DNA of 64,000 nucleotides from Azolla caroliniana (Eukaryota; Plantae; Polypodiophyta). Shown one piece after another: positions 23,293 through 37,074 of the stretch (positions within the stretch are counted from its first letter, which is position 1; each line of letters begins with the position of its first letter). A model generated the notes under the pieces. It ran no database searches. It had not been told where the DNA came from and saw nothing but the letters and a program-made list of their open reading frames with translations. Location of the stretch: positions 4,402,001 through 4,466,000 of the forward strand of contig JBHGNT010000010.1 in assembly GCA_043228905.1 (NCBI GenBank), in the 5' to 3' direction. Both the position numbers and the translations under genes were made by a program.

Positions 23293-23968
23293 ATGGGCCC
23301 TGTTCGGTTCGGTTTCTTGGCCTTGAAACCAAACCAAACCATTTATGCATAATAAAAACCGAACCAAACTGTTTTAAATTTATGAAGCCATTTAAGCTGA
23401 ACCGTTTAAAGCAAACCGTTTTTAAATAGGAGAAACCAAACCGTATACGGAAATTTTAGAACCAAACCAAACCGGTTTATCATAAATCAAAGCCAAACCA
23501 AACCAAACCATTTTTTATTGATATTGATCATCATAAATTTTATCATCATACTTATCATAAATTTTGTCATCATGCTTATTATAAATTTGGTCATCATTCT
23601 TCTCATAAATTTGGTCATCATTCTCTCATAAATTTGGTCATCATACTTATCATAAATTTGATCATCACCAATGAAAAAGGGGACTCTACATATACTGCAC
23701 ATAAAATTTAATAAGTTAAAACTACGATTTAAAATTAAACATTGAAAGTTAGAGCCTATAGGAAAAATTTAGGAGTAATTTTTAATGTCATGTGCATGAC
23801 ATTTAACCTATAAACCGAACCACATAAACTGAAACCACTAAACCATGAAATTCAAACTAAACCGAAACCGATTAATAACATTTGAAACCAAACCAAACCT
23901 GTTTATTTATCGTCGAACCTATAAACCGTTAGGAGACGGTTTAACGGTTCGGTTCAGTTCGAGCCGTG
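23293..23968. mobile_element. Degenerate AACCG-rich MITE-like element with an internal tandem repeat of about 23-24 bp (23528-23668)
   Basis: Dense AAACCG/GGTTCGG motifs at both ends, as in 13596-14077; TIRs not cleanly resolved. Confidence 0.5.
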
Positions 23969-24157
23969 TGTTAGAAAGAGGCAAGGCTCGCTCTGGGAAA
24001 AAGCACGTGCCGTTGTTATCCATCCATGTCACGTGCAGCAGGCTCACGTTTTTGGGGTGGGCCACATTAGACGGGCAGATCTGCACAACCAAAAGCATCT
24101 GCGCTGATCGAGCCCTCCCTCCCTCAAAGCTTCCATCCCTCCCTCAAAGACGATCCT

Positions 24158-27100
24158 ATGGGGGACCTCCTCAAGAAAGCAGGCCACAACTACCTCGTGG
24201 CTCTCCAGAAGCATCCCTTGCGTACCAAGGTATGTGTATGTGTGTGTGATGCGCATATGTATGTGTATGTGTATGTGATTGTGCATATGTATGTGTGTTG
24301 TGTATGTGTATGTGTATGTGTGTGATGTGTATGTGTATGTGATTGTGCATATGTATGTGTGTTGTGTGTGTGTATGTTTTGTGTGTGTATGTGTATGTGT
24401 ATGTGTATGCATATGCATATGCGTATGTGTGTGTGTGCATAATATGTATATATGTATATAGGGGTGTATCTGTATGTGTATGTTTGTATATGTGTATCTG
24501 TATGGCTGTATGTGTATGTTTGTATATGTGTATCTGTATGCCTAATGTGTATGTGAGTGTAGATGTAGGTTTATTCGTGGATGTGGATGTTTATTTGTTT
24601 TTGTACGTGAATGCATATTTGCATATGTAATATGTAATTTGTATGTGGTTTGCCTATGTGTATTCTTATTTGTATATGTATATGTCATGTGTATGCTGAT
24701 GTATATATGTGTATGTCTGTGGGATGTGTATGCATATTTTCATGTGTATGTATTATGAATATGAAAGTGTGGATTTTTCCCTGTGAATTGTTCTTTTTCC
24801 TGATTCGATTTTTATGTGATTCTCCTAGGCCATTACTGCCGGTTGTATTGCAGGCTGTAGCCAGACCATATCTCAGAAAATTGGTGGAGCAAAAAGGCTC
24901 GACTATCGGCGGATTGCTCTTGTCTTTGTTAGTACTCTCATACACTCTCGTTTTTATGTTCATAGATTTTTTCCTATAAATCATAACTTGATTAGGGTTT
25001 AATACGATTCCTGTTTTATGCCCACTTCTGATGTCAATAAGAGCATGCTTAAATCACTCTTCCTTTGTGACATGTCTTCTGGTTCTGGTTTGATACATAG
25101 AAAGTGGGGTTTAGCTATGAAACTTTTAAGGATCTTCTAGATTTTTCACACTAGTCTCATGTTTAATCCTAATAGAATGCATAACAGAGTATGATCCATA
25201 TATCTCTTTGTGGCATATCTGCATGTTTGAATTGAATAGTAAACGAGAAGCTAGTTCAAGAAAATTCTGAATTCCTGATTGTGCTCCAAGGTTTTAGCAC
25301 TGGATGTTGCACCTGCATACATCAGAAATTGTACCTGGAAATTAATATTCTTTGCGAATTTTGATATTGAGGCTTATAGTATGACTGCTTGATATATTTG
25401 TGAACTTATTGGTGTTTAATGAAGCCTTTGTCCATTGTCACAGTATCTTGAATAATTCCCATCTCCACAAGATTTGCTGGATTGGTAAAGTTTAGAGATA
25501 TTGCAGAAAATGTAGCACCTTGATGTTTGTTATTGTATAGGGAATAGATTAGGAATCATTATCATTATCATCGACATTTTCGGTATTATTATGCAGCTGT
25601 ATGGCCTCCTATATGCCGGACCATTTGGACATTTTCTTCACAAGCTTATGGATCGGCTTTTCAAGCGCAAGCAAGATACAGCGACTATTGTGAAAAAGGT
25701 GTGCATTGCATTCTTTCCGATATTTTAACAAAATAGTGTCTCAAAGATTTCTGTAGTGTTGCATTTTAGGAGATGTTTTGGAAGAAATATGTAAAGATGA
25801 TGTTTTTTGGCATTTGTTTACCAAATTCTTGACTAATAAAAAACTCTGTTCAATTAATTATTAATTCTATTTGTGCTTTTAGAACATTATATTTACTAGA
25901 CTTTTTTGTTCTTTGTATTTTCAGGTTGCATTCGAGCAGGCCATTTCAGGACCATGGAGTAATTTTATATTTATGGTGTATTTTGGCTTGGTTCTGGAAG
26001 GTATGGAATAATGAACTCTTATCTATATATGTTTTATTGAAATGATATCTTCAGTCTTTCAACTCTGAGAATCAGTTAAAAGGAAATATTTATTGAACAA
26101 AGAAAATTTATTAATTCCTAAGATTTGTCTTAATTTTGAAATACAAACCTGAATATGTGAAATCAAATTCCCCCCCATACAGGGAGACCATGGAGCTTCG
26201 TAAAGAATAAGATAAAGAAAGAATTTGTGAGTGTGCAGCTGAACGCGTGGAAGGTGAGTTCTCTGGATGTGAACATATGTCCTAGAATTATTTTTCCAAA
26301 ATAAAAAAGATAAAAAGGAAAATCGAAAGGAAAAAAGGAAAACATAAAACAGCAGGATTAATTTTTATAAATTTAAGTTTGTAATCTCTCTGTTTGGCTT
26401 TATTCAACAGATCTGGCCTATTTTTGGGTTCATTAACTTCAAATTTGTACCAATCGAGTTACGTGTTCTGTTTCACGGACTTGTTGCAGCTTGCTGGTAA
26501 GGATGTCAGATCTAAATCTCTCGGCCGTCCCAAGATTCTTGTATTAGTGGTGATTGTGAAAAGTAAAACGCAAATCAAACTGGGATCTTTGATGCGCACA
26601 AAACATCACCTAGATTGCATGCAATCTGTCATATGGCATCTTGTATTGTTTATCAAACCTTTTAGTTGGTGCTTATTTGTTGTAAGGTTGTTTTTTTTAG
26701 AAATATTGCATTTATAAAATAAATAATAAATAATAAATCCTTGTTTTGGGCTATCTATTAATAGCATCGAAGCATAGTGATTTTTTTTTGCAAAGGCAAG
26801 ATCATTATTGATTTTGAGGAAAATAAATAATGGGGTGCATGTTAATTAAGCATCATATGTTTCTTATAGGTTGAAGTTTTTTCATCATTATTGTTAATTA
26901 AGCGTCATCTGCTAGCTATAGGCATAAATGATCTGGCTGCATTACACCTTAATACTTGCTTCTCATTTTAAAATTTAAATTTTCTGTTCCATACATTGTA
27001 TTCTGATCTTGCGGCTTGATGCCTCAATACTGAGTTCTCATTTAAAACTTTGTATTCTGTTCGGTGTTTCTAATTGTGTACAAGGGAAATCACATCTATG

Positions 27101-27188
27101 TGAAAGTTTTATGCTTTCTGCGGTTCTTTTCAACAGGGGCGTATTCTTAAGTTTGAAATCACGTTCTCTAACTTTGAAGTCATCCTGA
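24158..27188 (+). CDS. PMP22: Peroxisomal membrane protein PMP22 (Mpv17/PMP22 family), 7 exons
   Basis: Spliced MGDLLKKAGHNYLVALQKHPLRTK-AITAGCIAGCSQTISQK...-LYGLLYAGPFGHFLHKLMDRLF...KK-VAFEQ...GPWSNFIFMVYFG...-RPWSFVKNKIKKEFVSVQLNAWK-IWPIFGFINFKFVPIELRVLFHGLVAACW-GVFLSLKSRSLTLKSS*. Confidence 0.92.
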
Positions 27189-28379
27189 GGATTTGGCATA
27201 GAGGTATGTAGTGTATTTATTTATGTATGAAGCAAATTATGTAGACTCTCGTCACAACATCAGGTGGATTCTTAAAAATATTTTGTTAATTTTGTGGTTT
27301 CCAGAATCTCTTGAAAAATCTCGTCCTGTATTTCCTTTTCCTTTTCGGCGATATAATTCATGCATTGGTTTTTCTCTTAACATTTTTGTAATGAATCAAA
27401 TTATATAGACCCTCATCATGATATTGGATGAGCTCCTAACAATATTTTGTATTCTGGAATTTTTGTTGAAAATTATTGTCCAATATATTTCTCGCCATCC
27501 TTGTTTCCTTTTTTGATATTAAACTTTCTTTGTTTCCATTATTTGTGCACTAACATATCTCTTCTTTTTTGTGGCAGCAGCTCTGCATTATTTGAAGCAT
27601 TCATCTTTTACCATGGCAACATGGGCATGCCCATTAATTGACTAAGTCTTCCATTTTCACTTGCAGAAATTATTTTAGAGATGCCAAACCATCTCATTGA
27701 AAATAAATAAGTGGTATTAAGAAATTTAATGTATATACTATATATATACCAAAGAGATGCTCAAATAGTATGAAAAACAATGCTTTATTAAAAAGTTTGG
27801 ACATACTATAGCCTTAGAAATTGGTTGGAATCGGGCCAAAGGGGATTGATTGGGTGACTATACACCCTATTTTTGGTGAGAGTGTGTATGTCACACATCT
27901 TTGACGAAATGACTAGTTTTAGGTGAGTCTCTCACTTCTCTTACAATCACACAATCTTAATTAAAGAAGATGGAGATATTAGTGTGAGACTTGATTCCTA
28001 TGTGCTATTTAATCAATTGAAGGAAATAAATGTGAAGAAAATTAATATACCTACACCAAATTAATATGATGAACGTTATTATGTGCTTCATAAACCTATA
28101 TATCCAAACTTCCTACATTAATACTAACCACACTTTTTAGAAAGATGAGTTTAAACACTTACTATAAATGCTTTAGGTCTAAGCTTATACATAAATATAA
28201 AGATTAAAGCTGAATGGGCAAGAGACGAAAATAATTTGTGTTAACATGTGGGAGGCCAAAATGCCCTATACAACTAGAGAAGAAATTCCATCTTTAGCAC
28301 TCTGCATTTTGGGATTAAGTGGTGATATTAACTATTAAAACTTGAATATAGCTAATATGTTACTTTATAATCACTTATA

Positions 28380-31300
28380 CCTCCATCTCAGCCTTGCTTT
28401 GAGACAAACTCTCGAAAATGTTGCGGATCTGTAAATTGGACATCTTGAAGCAGGATTCTCATCGGCACCAGTCTAACACATTTCATACAGGATGTGATAA
28501 TCTTAATGCTGATTAGCATTGAATTTATTTGGTTACCAAATAGATGCACATATATGAATGCAGAATCAAGCAGATCACCACCTGGAAAAGTTTATTTAAC
28601 TTGAACGTAATCTAAGCTTAATCTGAAGTAATAGTATCATTCGTATTCCTCCAAAGAGCCAGGAAATGCCATTTGGCTACTTCCAAACTGTGGGACAATG
28701 ATTCCCAGAATCAGACAGGATATGATAATCTTAATGCTGATTAGCATTGAATTTATTTGGTTAACAAATAGATGCACATATATGAATGCAGAATCAAGCA
28801 GATCACCACCTGGAAAAGTTTATTTAACTTGAAAGTAATCTAAGCTTAATCTGAAGTGATTGAGAATAGTATCACTCATATTCCTCCAAAGAATCAGGAA
28901 ATGCCATTTGGCTACTTCCAAACTGTGGGACAATGATTCCCAGAATCAGACAGAATGTTGCCAAGTCCCCAATTCAGATTGATCTCGGCACCTAGTTTCC
29001 ACACCATGCACCATACAATGTGTGCTTACAGAATTGGTTTCAATGACATTGTTTGCCACAAGGATGACTATGAAAACCTCATCCCCACACATTCTTTTCT
29101 TTCCCATGGTCACTGAACCCCTCTCCCAAGGGATTTGCTTTCAGCAGAGATTGTGAGAACTACCCCAAACAAAGGTTTCTACACCCCCTTTGAATACAGC
29201 CTTAACTGGACACACAATTGATGCAAAGCACAGCATTTTAATATAAGCAGTAACAAATTGCTTACCAAATCAAACAACTGTTGAACCTGGGACGCTATTG
29301 CTTTCCATCTTATAATCATGTGATTGGAAGGCTCTTTCCTTCTCCTCCTTGCAGATGTGCTGGGGAATATACTGATACCACCAGTTTTTCTTCCTATTAA
29401 CTGATTTAACTGAACAAACTCCATGTCCTTGGTTTCCATTTCCATTACAGACTGGCTGAAAAAAATCAGAGAAAATTTCCAGGAACCCATCCAAACAGGT
29501 TTCCAAAGTGGGTTGAAATGTTATACATACCAGAATAATTGGTACAAGGGGAAGAAGTTTAGAGTCTATTGAGCTCATATCAAAAGCCAACTCAGCATAA
29601 AGTACATAATTTGTGAATAGGTCATGTCGCAATACAGTTGTACCTTCAATATCCCCAATCTGTCACACAAATATAAGAGATTACACATCAAAATAATAGG
29701 CATACCTATACGAACAGTCCAAAAGATAGCTTACATCTATTGGAACACTGATAGGCTCCTTCGGTATATCCACCAGAGACAAGCTTGGTACTGTTGCAAG
29801 AGTTTCTGGTGGGTCAGGAGTTTCCTGTCTGCAGTGTAATTTCTCAGTTCCATGCATTAACTTGCCAGATCATCCTTTGTCAAGCTTTCCTTCAGTTTTT
29901 TCAGCGCCTCTTTGTCTTGAGTTTCATTAAGTATTGCCGTTCTCTGGATCAGGCTGAAGAGATGTGAAGCAAGCATTGAGTTTGCTTCTCCCAGTAGACA
30001 ATAAGGTCAATGCCAAGTTAGTAGAGATTTGATACCTGTAATAATACAGTGACCTTATGAGGATTATCTAACAGAAACTTCTGAATCAAAGGAGAAAAGA
30101 CAGCTTTAGATACTTCAGTAGCTATCTTAGCTCTCAATGTTTCCAAGGGCTCGGCAAATTTTAATGTCTCAAATGGATCCATACCATACATACAGCCACT
30201 TCCCCTGCAAAATAGCTCAAGGCTCATATGTTATAGGCTTCCTTGATAAAAGTATGACCACATAAGGATAAACCAAATAAAACGAAAGACAAAATAAACA
30301 GAAAACCTCCAAAAGGGATACAAATCAATAAGAAATGAAGCAGAAACCGTGGGCCAGTAATCTTACCATAGATCGTAACATGAGAGACAATCCATGAGGA
30401 AAGGAGCCACTGTTATTCTCTCTCAAAGAGAATTCGATTGTATTCATGGAAGCTTGGACGGCCTCCAATGTAAAACCTTCATCAACAAGCCCCTGGAGTT
30501 TTGAAATAATTAAATCTTCTGTCTTTGCAATAGCCTCTTCGGCAACATTTTTAAGAACCACAATGAATCGGAGTCGAAGAAGATCATCATCAATACCACC
30601 ATCGACAAGAGCTTCACCGAGGCCGCTCTCTAGCAATGCTTTACTTAAAGGTGCAGTAGGTGTTCCCAACATTAGATGATCAAGAAATTCCAAAGCAAGC
30701 TCAGTTTCCATATCCAAGGGAGTCTCTGTAAGCAACTAGTTTACAGACACATAGTGTTTCTTTTTCAAATCCCCTACTTCATTAGCAGGATGTTTTTGAA
30801 CAACTCTCTTAGATTCCAAGAAAAGCTTCTGTGGGTTGATTTCTGATGCTTTGGCTGATTCATTGGCTTCAAAACTATCCAAGTACCCTGCAATGGTGGC
30901 AGGATGTGATCTAAGGATTGGGAAAACACGAAAAGGGACAAGTGATGCAGCATGAATATCAATTGATATAACAGTAAAGCTTTTCTTATGATCAAATCAT
31001 ACATTCGTTGGATATCTAAAATGCACTCTAAATGTGAAAGCTACAATGACAGCATTAATAGCTTGTTGGACTCAGAGCAATCGAGAACATGCTCAAAGTT
31101 TTCATAACGCCCATTATAATCTTTGAGTACCACTTATCAGCTGCAGCCTTTCATTCGGATCATCATTTCCATAGAACCAAATACGGGCATTGCTGGGATG
31201 ATAAAATCTTTTATGTAATTCCTAATATTCACAGTAAAAACTCTATTCAGTTTACACTGTACTGTCATATAGATAGCAAGCACCAAACAGATGCACAGAA

Positions 31301-32752
31301 AAACAATCAGCAATACCTGGAATTCTTTAAACATGAGCTCGGGAATAACTTCTGGATCTCCTCCACTGTCAACACCATATGCATTATCAGGAAACAAAGC
31401 CTACAACATAAAACATTAATTCATATCAATTCGATGAGAAAAATATACGGAAGTTGGAAAGTGTTTAGAAAGAAACCAGAAAACAAAGCATTATAGGTGA
31501 AACTTACAAGTCGAATCAAAGACAATTATCTCAATGAATGACTAACCAAGAAATGACATCCTCCATACTAATAATCTTAGTATGTCTATTTGTTTTACCA
31601 ATTATCTCAATGAATAGACTTTCATGTAATGGATCTAAATAAAAGGATGATTTCCTTCCTATATTCTTACCAACAGTTCCATGTTCCACAAACAGAACCC
31701 TTCAAATCAAAACATAATATTATGTCTCGTAAGAAAAGCCTTACATCATTAATATTGTCATGTGCAGCTTAATACTCATAAGTACAAGCACTGCTAGTAA
31801 TTTCATGGTCAATTGGGTGCTATACAGCTGCTGATCCGTTCAATTTCTAGTGCAGGTATTCCATCATCCTCCCATTTGACTTCTAAGCATGCAAAATTTA
31901 GCATAGCCAAATTACACTACCACATTCGGTTTTGGCCATAACATGTGAAGTATGAAGATTCCATATGCCTAAAGTACATACCTGCTGGGTAACACACCCA
32001 AGAATATTATCGGGTTGGGAGTAAACACCTTTCATCTCATTGAGCACCACACCTAGTTATAAGGTTGGGATATTGCTCAGGTTATTATATGACATGAAGT
32101 ATGCTGTCACTGGAACAAAACTACAGTTAGATGCAATCAACACGTACCTTTAAGAGTAATTTCTTCTGAGGAGTTATTAAGCTCATAGTGCCAACCCTCT
32201 TGCTGAAATATCTGCAAATCATTTACATATTTTGGATAAAAAACCGCATCCAAGTAGGCATCAATGAGATTGTAGAAGTCCTGTTACATGTATCAAGATC
32301 ACACAACATTAGACAGGATTCTATAATATTAAGAAATTATTAAAGCATAAACATAACTATACTTTTGTAGAGCCTTGATACATGATTTACCTCCAGTTGT
32401 TAAAATAAGTCACACCGTTTCACTGAAGACAATGATTTTCAATACATGCAAACCCTAGAAAACCATTCAAAATGAACAATACAATTACATTCTGCTAGCA
32501 AAAAGACGTATCAAAGTGAACACTTACAGTGGTGTTTGAAAAACAATCCCAAAAACTATATTCTCGTCTTCATTTGAAACTGACATCACTTCTGCTCCCG
32601 TTTTTCTTGTGTTTATACAACACTCCACTTGATTTATATTCCTCGATCAATTGTTCTTTAACCTTTTCAAAACCAAGTTGTTGGGCAAGCTCAGGGTTTG
32701 CTTCTGCATCACAGGTAAGCCACAGTTCAGAAGTGTTGTTTCCTTGGAACAT
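28380..32752 (-). pseudogene. PREP: Presequence protease (PreP/pitrilysin M16C) pseudogene, truncated
   Basis: Exons LGFEKVKEQLIEEYKS..., DFYNLIDAYLDAVF...FQQEGWHYEL, GVVLNEMKGVYSQPD, LFPDNAYGVDSGGDP, YHPSNARIWFYG, LDHLMLGTPTAPL...EFSLRENNSGSFP, HDLFTN. Defects: +1 frameshift near 32603, premature TAG at about 30736, frameshift near 28400, no HxxEH exon and no C-terminal part found. Confidence 0.88.
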
Positions 32753-35120
32753 TCCTTTCCATGAATATTATACATACCAAGAGTTTCAATACTAGAATGT
32801 AATATTTCTCATCCCAATTATAAACATAGATACACAAACATAGATGATTTTCTAAAAGATAAATCAGCTTTTTTTAAAAATTTAACTCTTTCTAGGCTTC
32901 TAAATATTTGCTTTCCATTTCTTAAAATTGCAAATTTCATATCTGATCTTTTTTTTTTTCTAAATGTTACAATTTTATTCTCTTTTAAAACGATAAATTT
33001 AAATCCTTTCAATCCGAACTTGTTTAATTTTTTTTTATAATTACAGGGAATGAAGTCTTTCCTTTTGTTTTGATTCTTTGGCATAAGGTATGAAAGGCAA
33101 AGAGAGAATGTTTAGCAAAAAAGTGTATGTCATGCTATGATTAAGCGATCATGTGACAACGAAGTTCTAGTTCTACCTTTGTCTCGCTTCTAAAATGGTG
33201 GATTCATCACTATGTTTGAAGCCAAAATAATTTAGTGATGTGATCCATCGTTGTTAGACAACCTTAAGATAAGTGATACGTTTACTATATTAGATTTTTC
33301 ACAGTAAAATCCTTAGTTTGTTTAGTTTCTATAGAATTGCCGTTGATTTAAAAAGCCTTTTTTGAAATGATACCACAAAACTTACTTGCTAAAGCTTAAT
33401 GTAAAAGTGCTTACTATTAGGATTTTCACGGTAAAATCCTTAGTGTTTTTAGTTTCTATAGAATTGCTATTGTTTTAAAAAGCCTTTTTAAAAAAAAAAT
33501 GATACCGTAAACTACATACTTGCTAAAGCTTAATGTAAAAGTGTTTCGTACATGGTATAAGATATTGATGCTTTGGCATATGCTTTTGGTAAATTAAGTA
33601 CAATGTTGCATTTATAGCCGTGTCTATCATGGGACCGCATAATACAAATATGTACTCATGCCCTTCACTCACGTGATAACTTGATCCTTGCAAATAAGTC
33701 ACATCATAGTCTAAGAGGAATTCAAGTTATTAATCAAACCCTAAGTTTTTTCGCGAGGGTTTAAATAATTAAGTGAGAGAAGGCAACACATGTGTATGAT
33801 GTGGTCCTACAAATTAGATGTTGAAAAATGCACCACAAGTATAAAATTGTGACTTACGTTTTACTCAAGAGGTCACAAAAGCTATATTTGCCACACATGA
33901 TCCCAATTTGTCTTTGCGAAATATCTCAACCATGTTCCTCATCATCAAAAATCTCATGAAATAGATGCCTCACAATAGCAAAAGAACGAGAATTAATTAG
34001 GAGAAATAGGCAAGTATGTTCAATATTAACATTTGAGATTTCCACGATTTTCATTTGAGTGAACAACTTTGTCATCCATCAACTATTCTCTTGGTTTGAA
34101 TCATGAATTTTTTCATCTAATGTAGTTGTGATTCCAAAAATGTTCCTTGTCAGGATATAATAGTGGAACAATGCCCACCAAATGAGGTGATAATTTGATC
34201 CATCGCATATTGAAAAAATGTGCACCGTGTCCCTTTAGTGATCTAATTTTGTCAAACTTTAATCTCAAATAACCCTCGAGAGACTCAAGATATCTAGACA
34301 AAGTGAAAGGTAAATGATTTTGCACATCCAAACAACTAACATCTCTCAAATGAAAACCTAATTGAAGAAGAATAAAAGCTCACAAACATTAAATTTTTAG
34401 GAAGTGACGTCTCATGCAGATAGCAACTTAATCTTTGGCATATCCTCTAGCATGCTTGAACCCCCGACACGTCCAAGACGTAGAACTTGTCAACGTAAAA
34501 AAATGTCCCATCTTAATCAAATTAAGCAAATTTGGAACATTCTTTCCATATGAAATCAAAATTTCTTCCCTCTTGTTTTTATAGATTTTTGGTTTATCAG
34601 TATTGGAAGGGACAAAATACAAAAGAATGAAATTACATGCAATGCTCCACAAGACCATAATCGATCCTTTATGTAGTAGAGTCCAACATTGGTGTTGCAT
34701 GTGAATCCCACCCACACAATTATGATTGCCTATTGAGCTTTGCAAACTTTATAGAGGTGATTTGTTTGCATGTAAAAACATTAGGATGTGAACATCAATC
34801 CACAAGAGTTCATTCATGGAGAATTTTCAAATACTATGTAAGTAACATTAGGGCCAAGAGATCATATTTGAAGTTAACCTTAGAACTTAATTACAAATAT
34901 CTATTGCTTTTCTTGTGATTTTGCACAAATTGCCATACGAGATTTTCAACCTCGGCCCTCTGGAAACATATCATGACAAGCATACATGCATCGGTGTCAG
35001 ACTTATGATAAGCATTCAATGGGACCAAATTCTCGATCCGATTAGGTTATAGACACACATATATATGTTGTTTATATGATGAACATAGTCCTGAGGATTG
35101 TAAGATCTATGCATGACCTC

Positions 35121-35221
35121 CACATGATTGAAGAATGCAAGTAAATTCCAACATGATTGAAGAATGTAATTGAATTCCAACATGATTGAAGAATGTAATT
35201 GAATTCCAACATGATTGAAGA
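35121..35221. repeat. Tandem repeat of about 29 bp, about 3.5 copies
   Basis: CCAACATGATTGAAGAATGTAATTGAATT repeated. Confidence 0.85.
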
Positions 35222-35857
35222 TGGGAAGGAAATTCCAGACAAAATGATTCTTAACATGAAAGGGCATATTCATTGTTTTACGCTAAAAAATACAGCTTGT
35301 CGCCATATTTATGTATACATGGGTCCTTGATGAAGGCAAGTGACACTACAAAAATACCTGCATAGAATGAGTGATTCAATCTAAGAGACTTTTTTCACAC
35401 ACACGTTAACTTAATTCCACTTAGCAAAATCAAATATTTTTTTCCATGGCACATACAAAGTAGTAATTAGAATCATAATCTACAGTAGGGCCTCCTTGAA
35501 GAAGAAGAAGAAGTAGATGATGATGATGATGATGATGATGGTGAAGCGGAAACCACCAGAAATGCATTATTGGCAGAATCGGCTAACACAAAACTCTTTT
35601 ACCAGAATCATGATTGAAATGCATGCATGCTTTACCGGAATCGGTCATCCAGATCCTTGATCAGAACAGAATCGCATCAAATTACGGAGCTTTATCGGGA
35701 AATAAAAAAATCATCAAGAATCGATATCGGCAAAGCATAACCCGGGAAAAAAATGCCGGAAAATCGTCATCATAATGTTTACCAGAAAACAATCAGATAT
35801 CTATACCGGTAGAAGATCTTTACCAGCATTGTCCTCCATGGCTATCGCAGTGTAGCT

Positions 35858-36518
35858 TCAGAAGCTGTAGTTCACTGAGAGAGGCTTCTTCTGTGTATCA
35901 GAAGAAGTAGGGGACGAATTGATAGAAGGAGCAACAAGTTCATCATCAGCAAAATCGAAGGCAGGATGAAAGAGTAGAGCTCTGAGTAGCTGAGCTCCTC
36001 GGAGAGCATTAGTGAGAGGCAAGTGTCCGACAGGCGTGGAAGATTCCATGTTCCACATGAACTCAGAGGGAAAAGATCTATACGTAAATTGTTCAGAATC
36101 CTTATACTCATCTCCAAGAGGTTTCATCCATCCTACTTTCTTGAAGAATTCTGTGCAGTCTCCACCCACTCTCTTCATGATCTTTCTCTGAACACTGTAA
36201 CCAAACTTCCCATCGCTATAAGCTCTCCATAGCCTGTCTATGGAGGCCAGGTCTGACTTTGGCATGAACTGGACCTCTGAGAAGAAGACATACTTCCTCT
36301 TCACTGCGTTTTCACCTGCGAGGACAATAATGAGGCGACGAGTTTCTTCGTCTGCTTTCTCCCACTCCTGCGCCAGGAGAAGCTCCTGTAATTTGTGGTA
36401 AGAGACTCCGATCTCTGATTCAACCTCTATTTGCTGTGTGGAACTGCTGCCGGATGAATAAACTCTGACATCAGAGCCTCTCCTTCTTAAGCCCGAGTCG
36501 GACAACAGGAGTACAGAA

Positions 36519-36550
<32 letters not shown>

Positions 36551-36751
36551 AGAGGAAGATGAACACCTGAGGTCAAGGATTCCATAGCGGAAGCTTGTTA
36601 CAGAAGAAGGTGAAGAGTAGGAAGATGAAGATGAAGACGATGCCGATGGAGGTCCGAACTCATTGCTGCAATGATGCTTGAGGATGGGGTTTAGGTCGGA
36701 GGTAACACAGGGTAACACAGAGGAGCAGCTGCGGATGAGAGAGGAGGCCAT
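35858..36751 (-). CDS. GUN4: GENOMES UNCOUPLED 4, tetrapyrrole-binding Mg-chelatase regulator with Ser-rich transit peptide; intronless
   Basis: EWEKADEETRRLIIVLAGENAVKRKYVFFSEV...IDRLWRAYSDGKFGYSVQ...EFMW...PVGHLPLTNALRG...YSF. Confidence 0.96.
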
Positions 36752-36793
36752 GGCGAGCGATGGAGAATGGCGAGGAGGAGAAACGGCGACGAC

Positions 36794-36983
36794 GAAGAAG
36801 AAGAAGAAGAAGAAGAAGAAGAAACGGGAAGCGGAAACGCTGCAATCAGAAACGGGAAGGAGAAGAAGAAAAAGAAGAAACGGGCACAGGAAACGGGAAG
36901 AAGAAACGCTGCAATCAGAAACGGGAAGGAGAAACGCTCAGACAGAAACGCGAAGGAGCTGCTGCAGCTGCAGAGACAGACAG

Positions 36984-37060
<77 letters not shown>

Positions 37061-37074
37061 TGTGTGTGTGTGTG
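36794..37074. repeat. (GAA)n, short duplicated units, (GA)n and (GT)n microsatellites upstream of GUN4
   Basis: Directly visible. Confidence 0.85.

Noticed and set aside
33650-34950. Possible decayed hAT-type transposase on the minus strand
   Set aside because: Only a vague compositional impression; no motif I can state with confidence.
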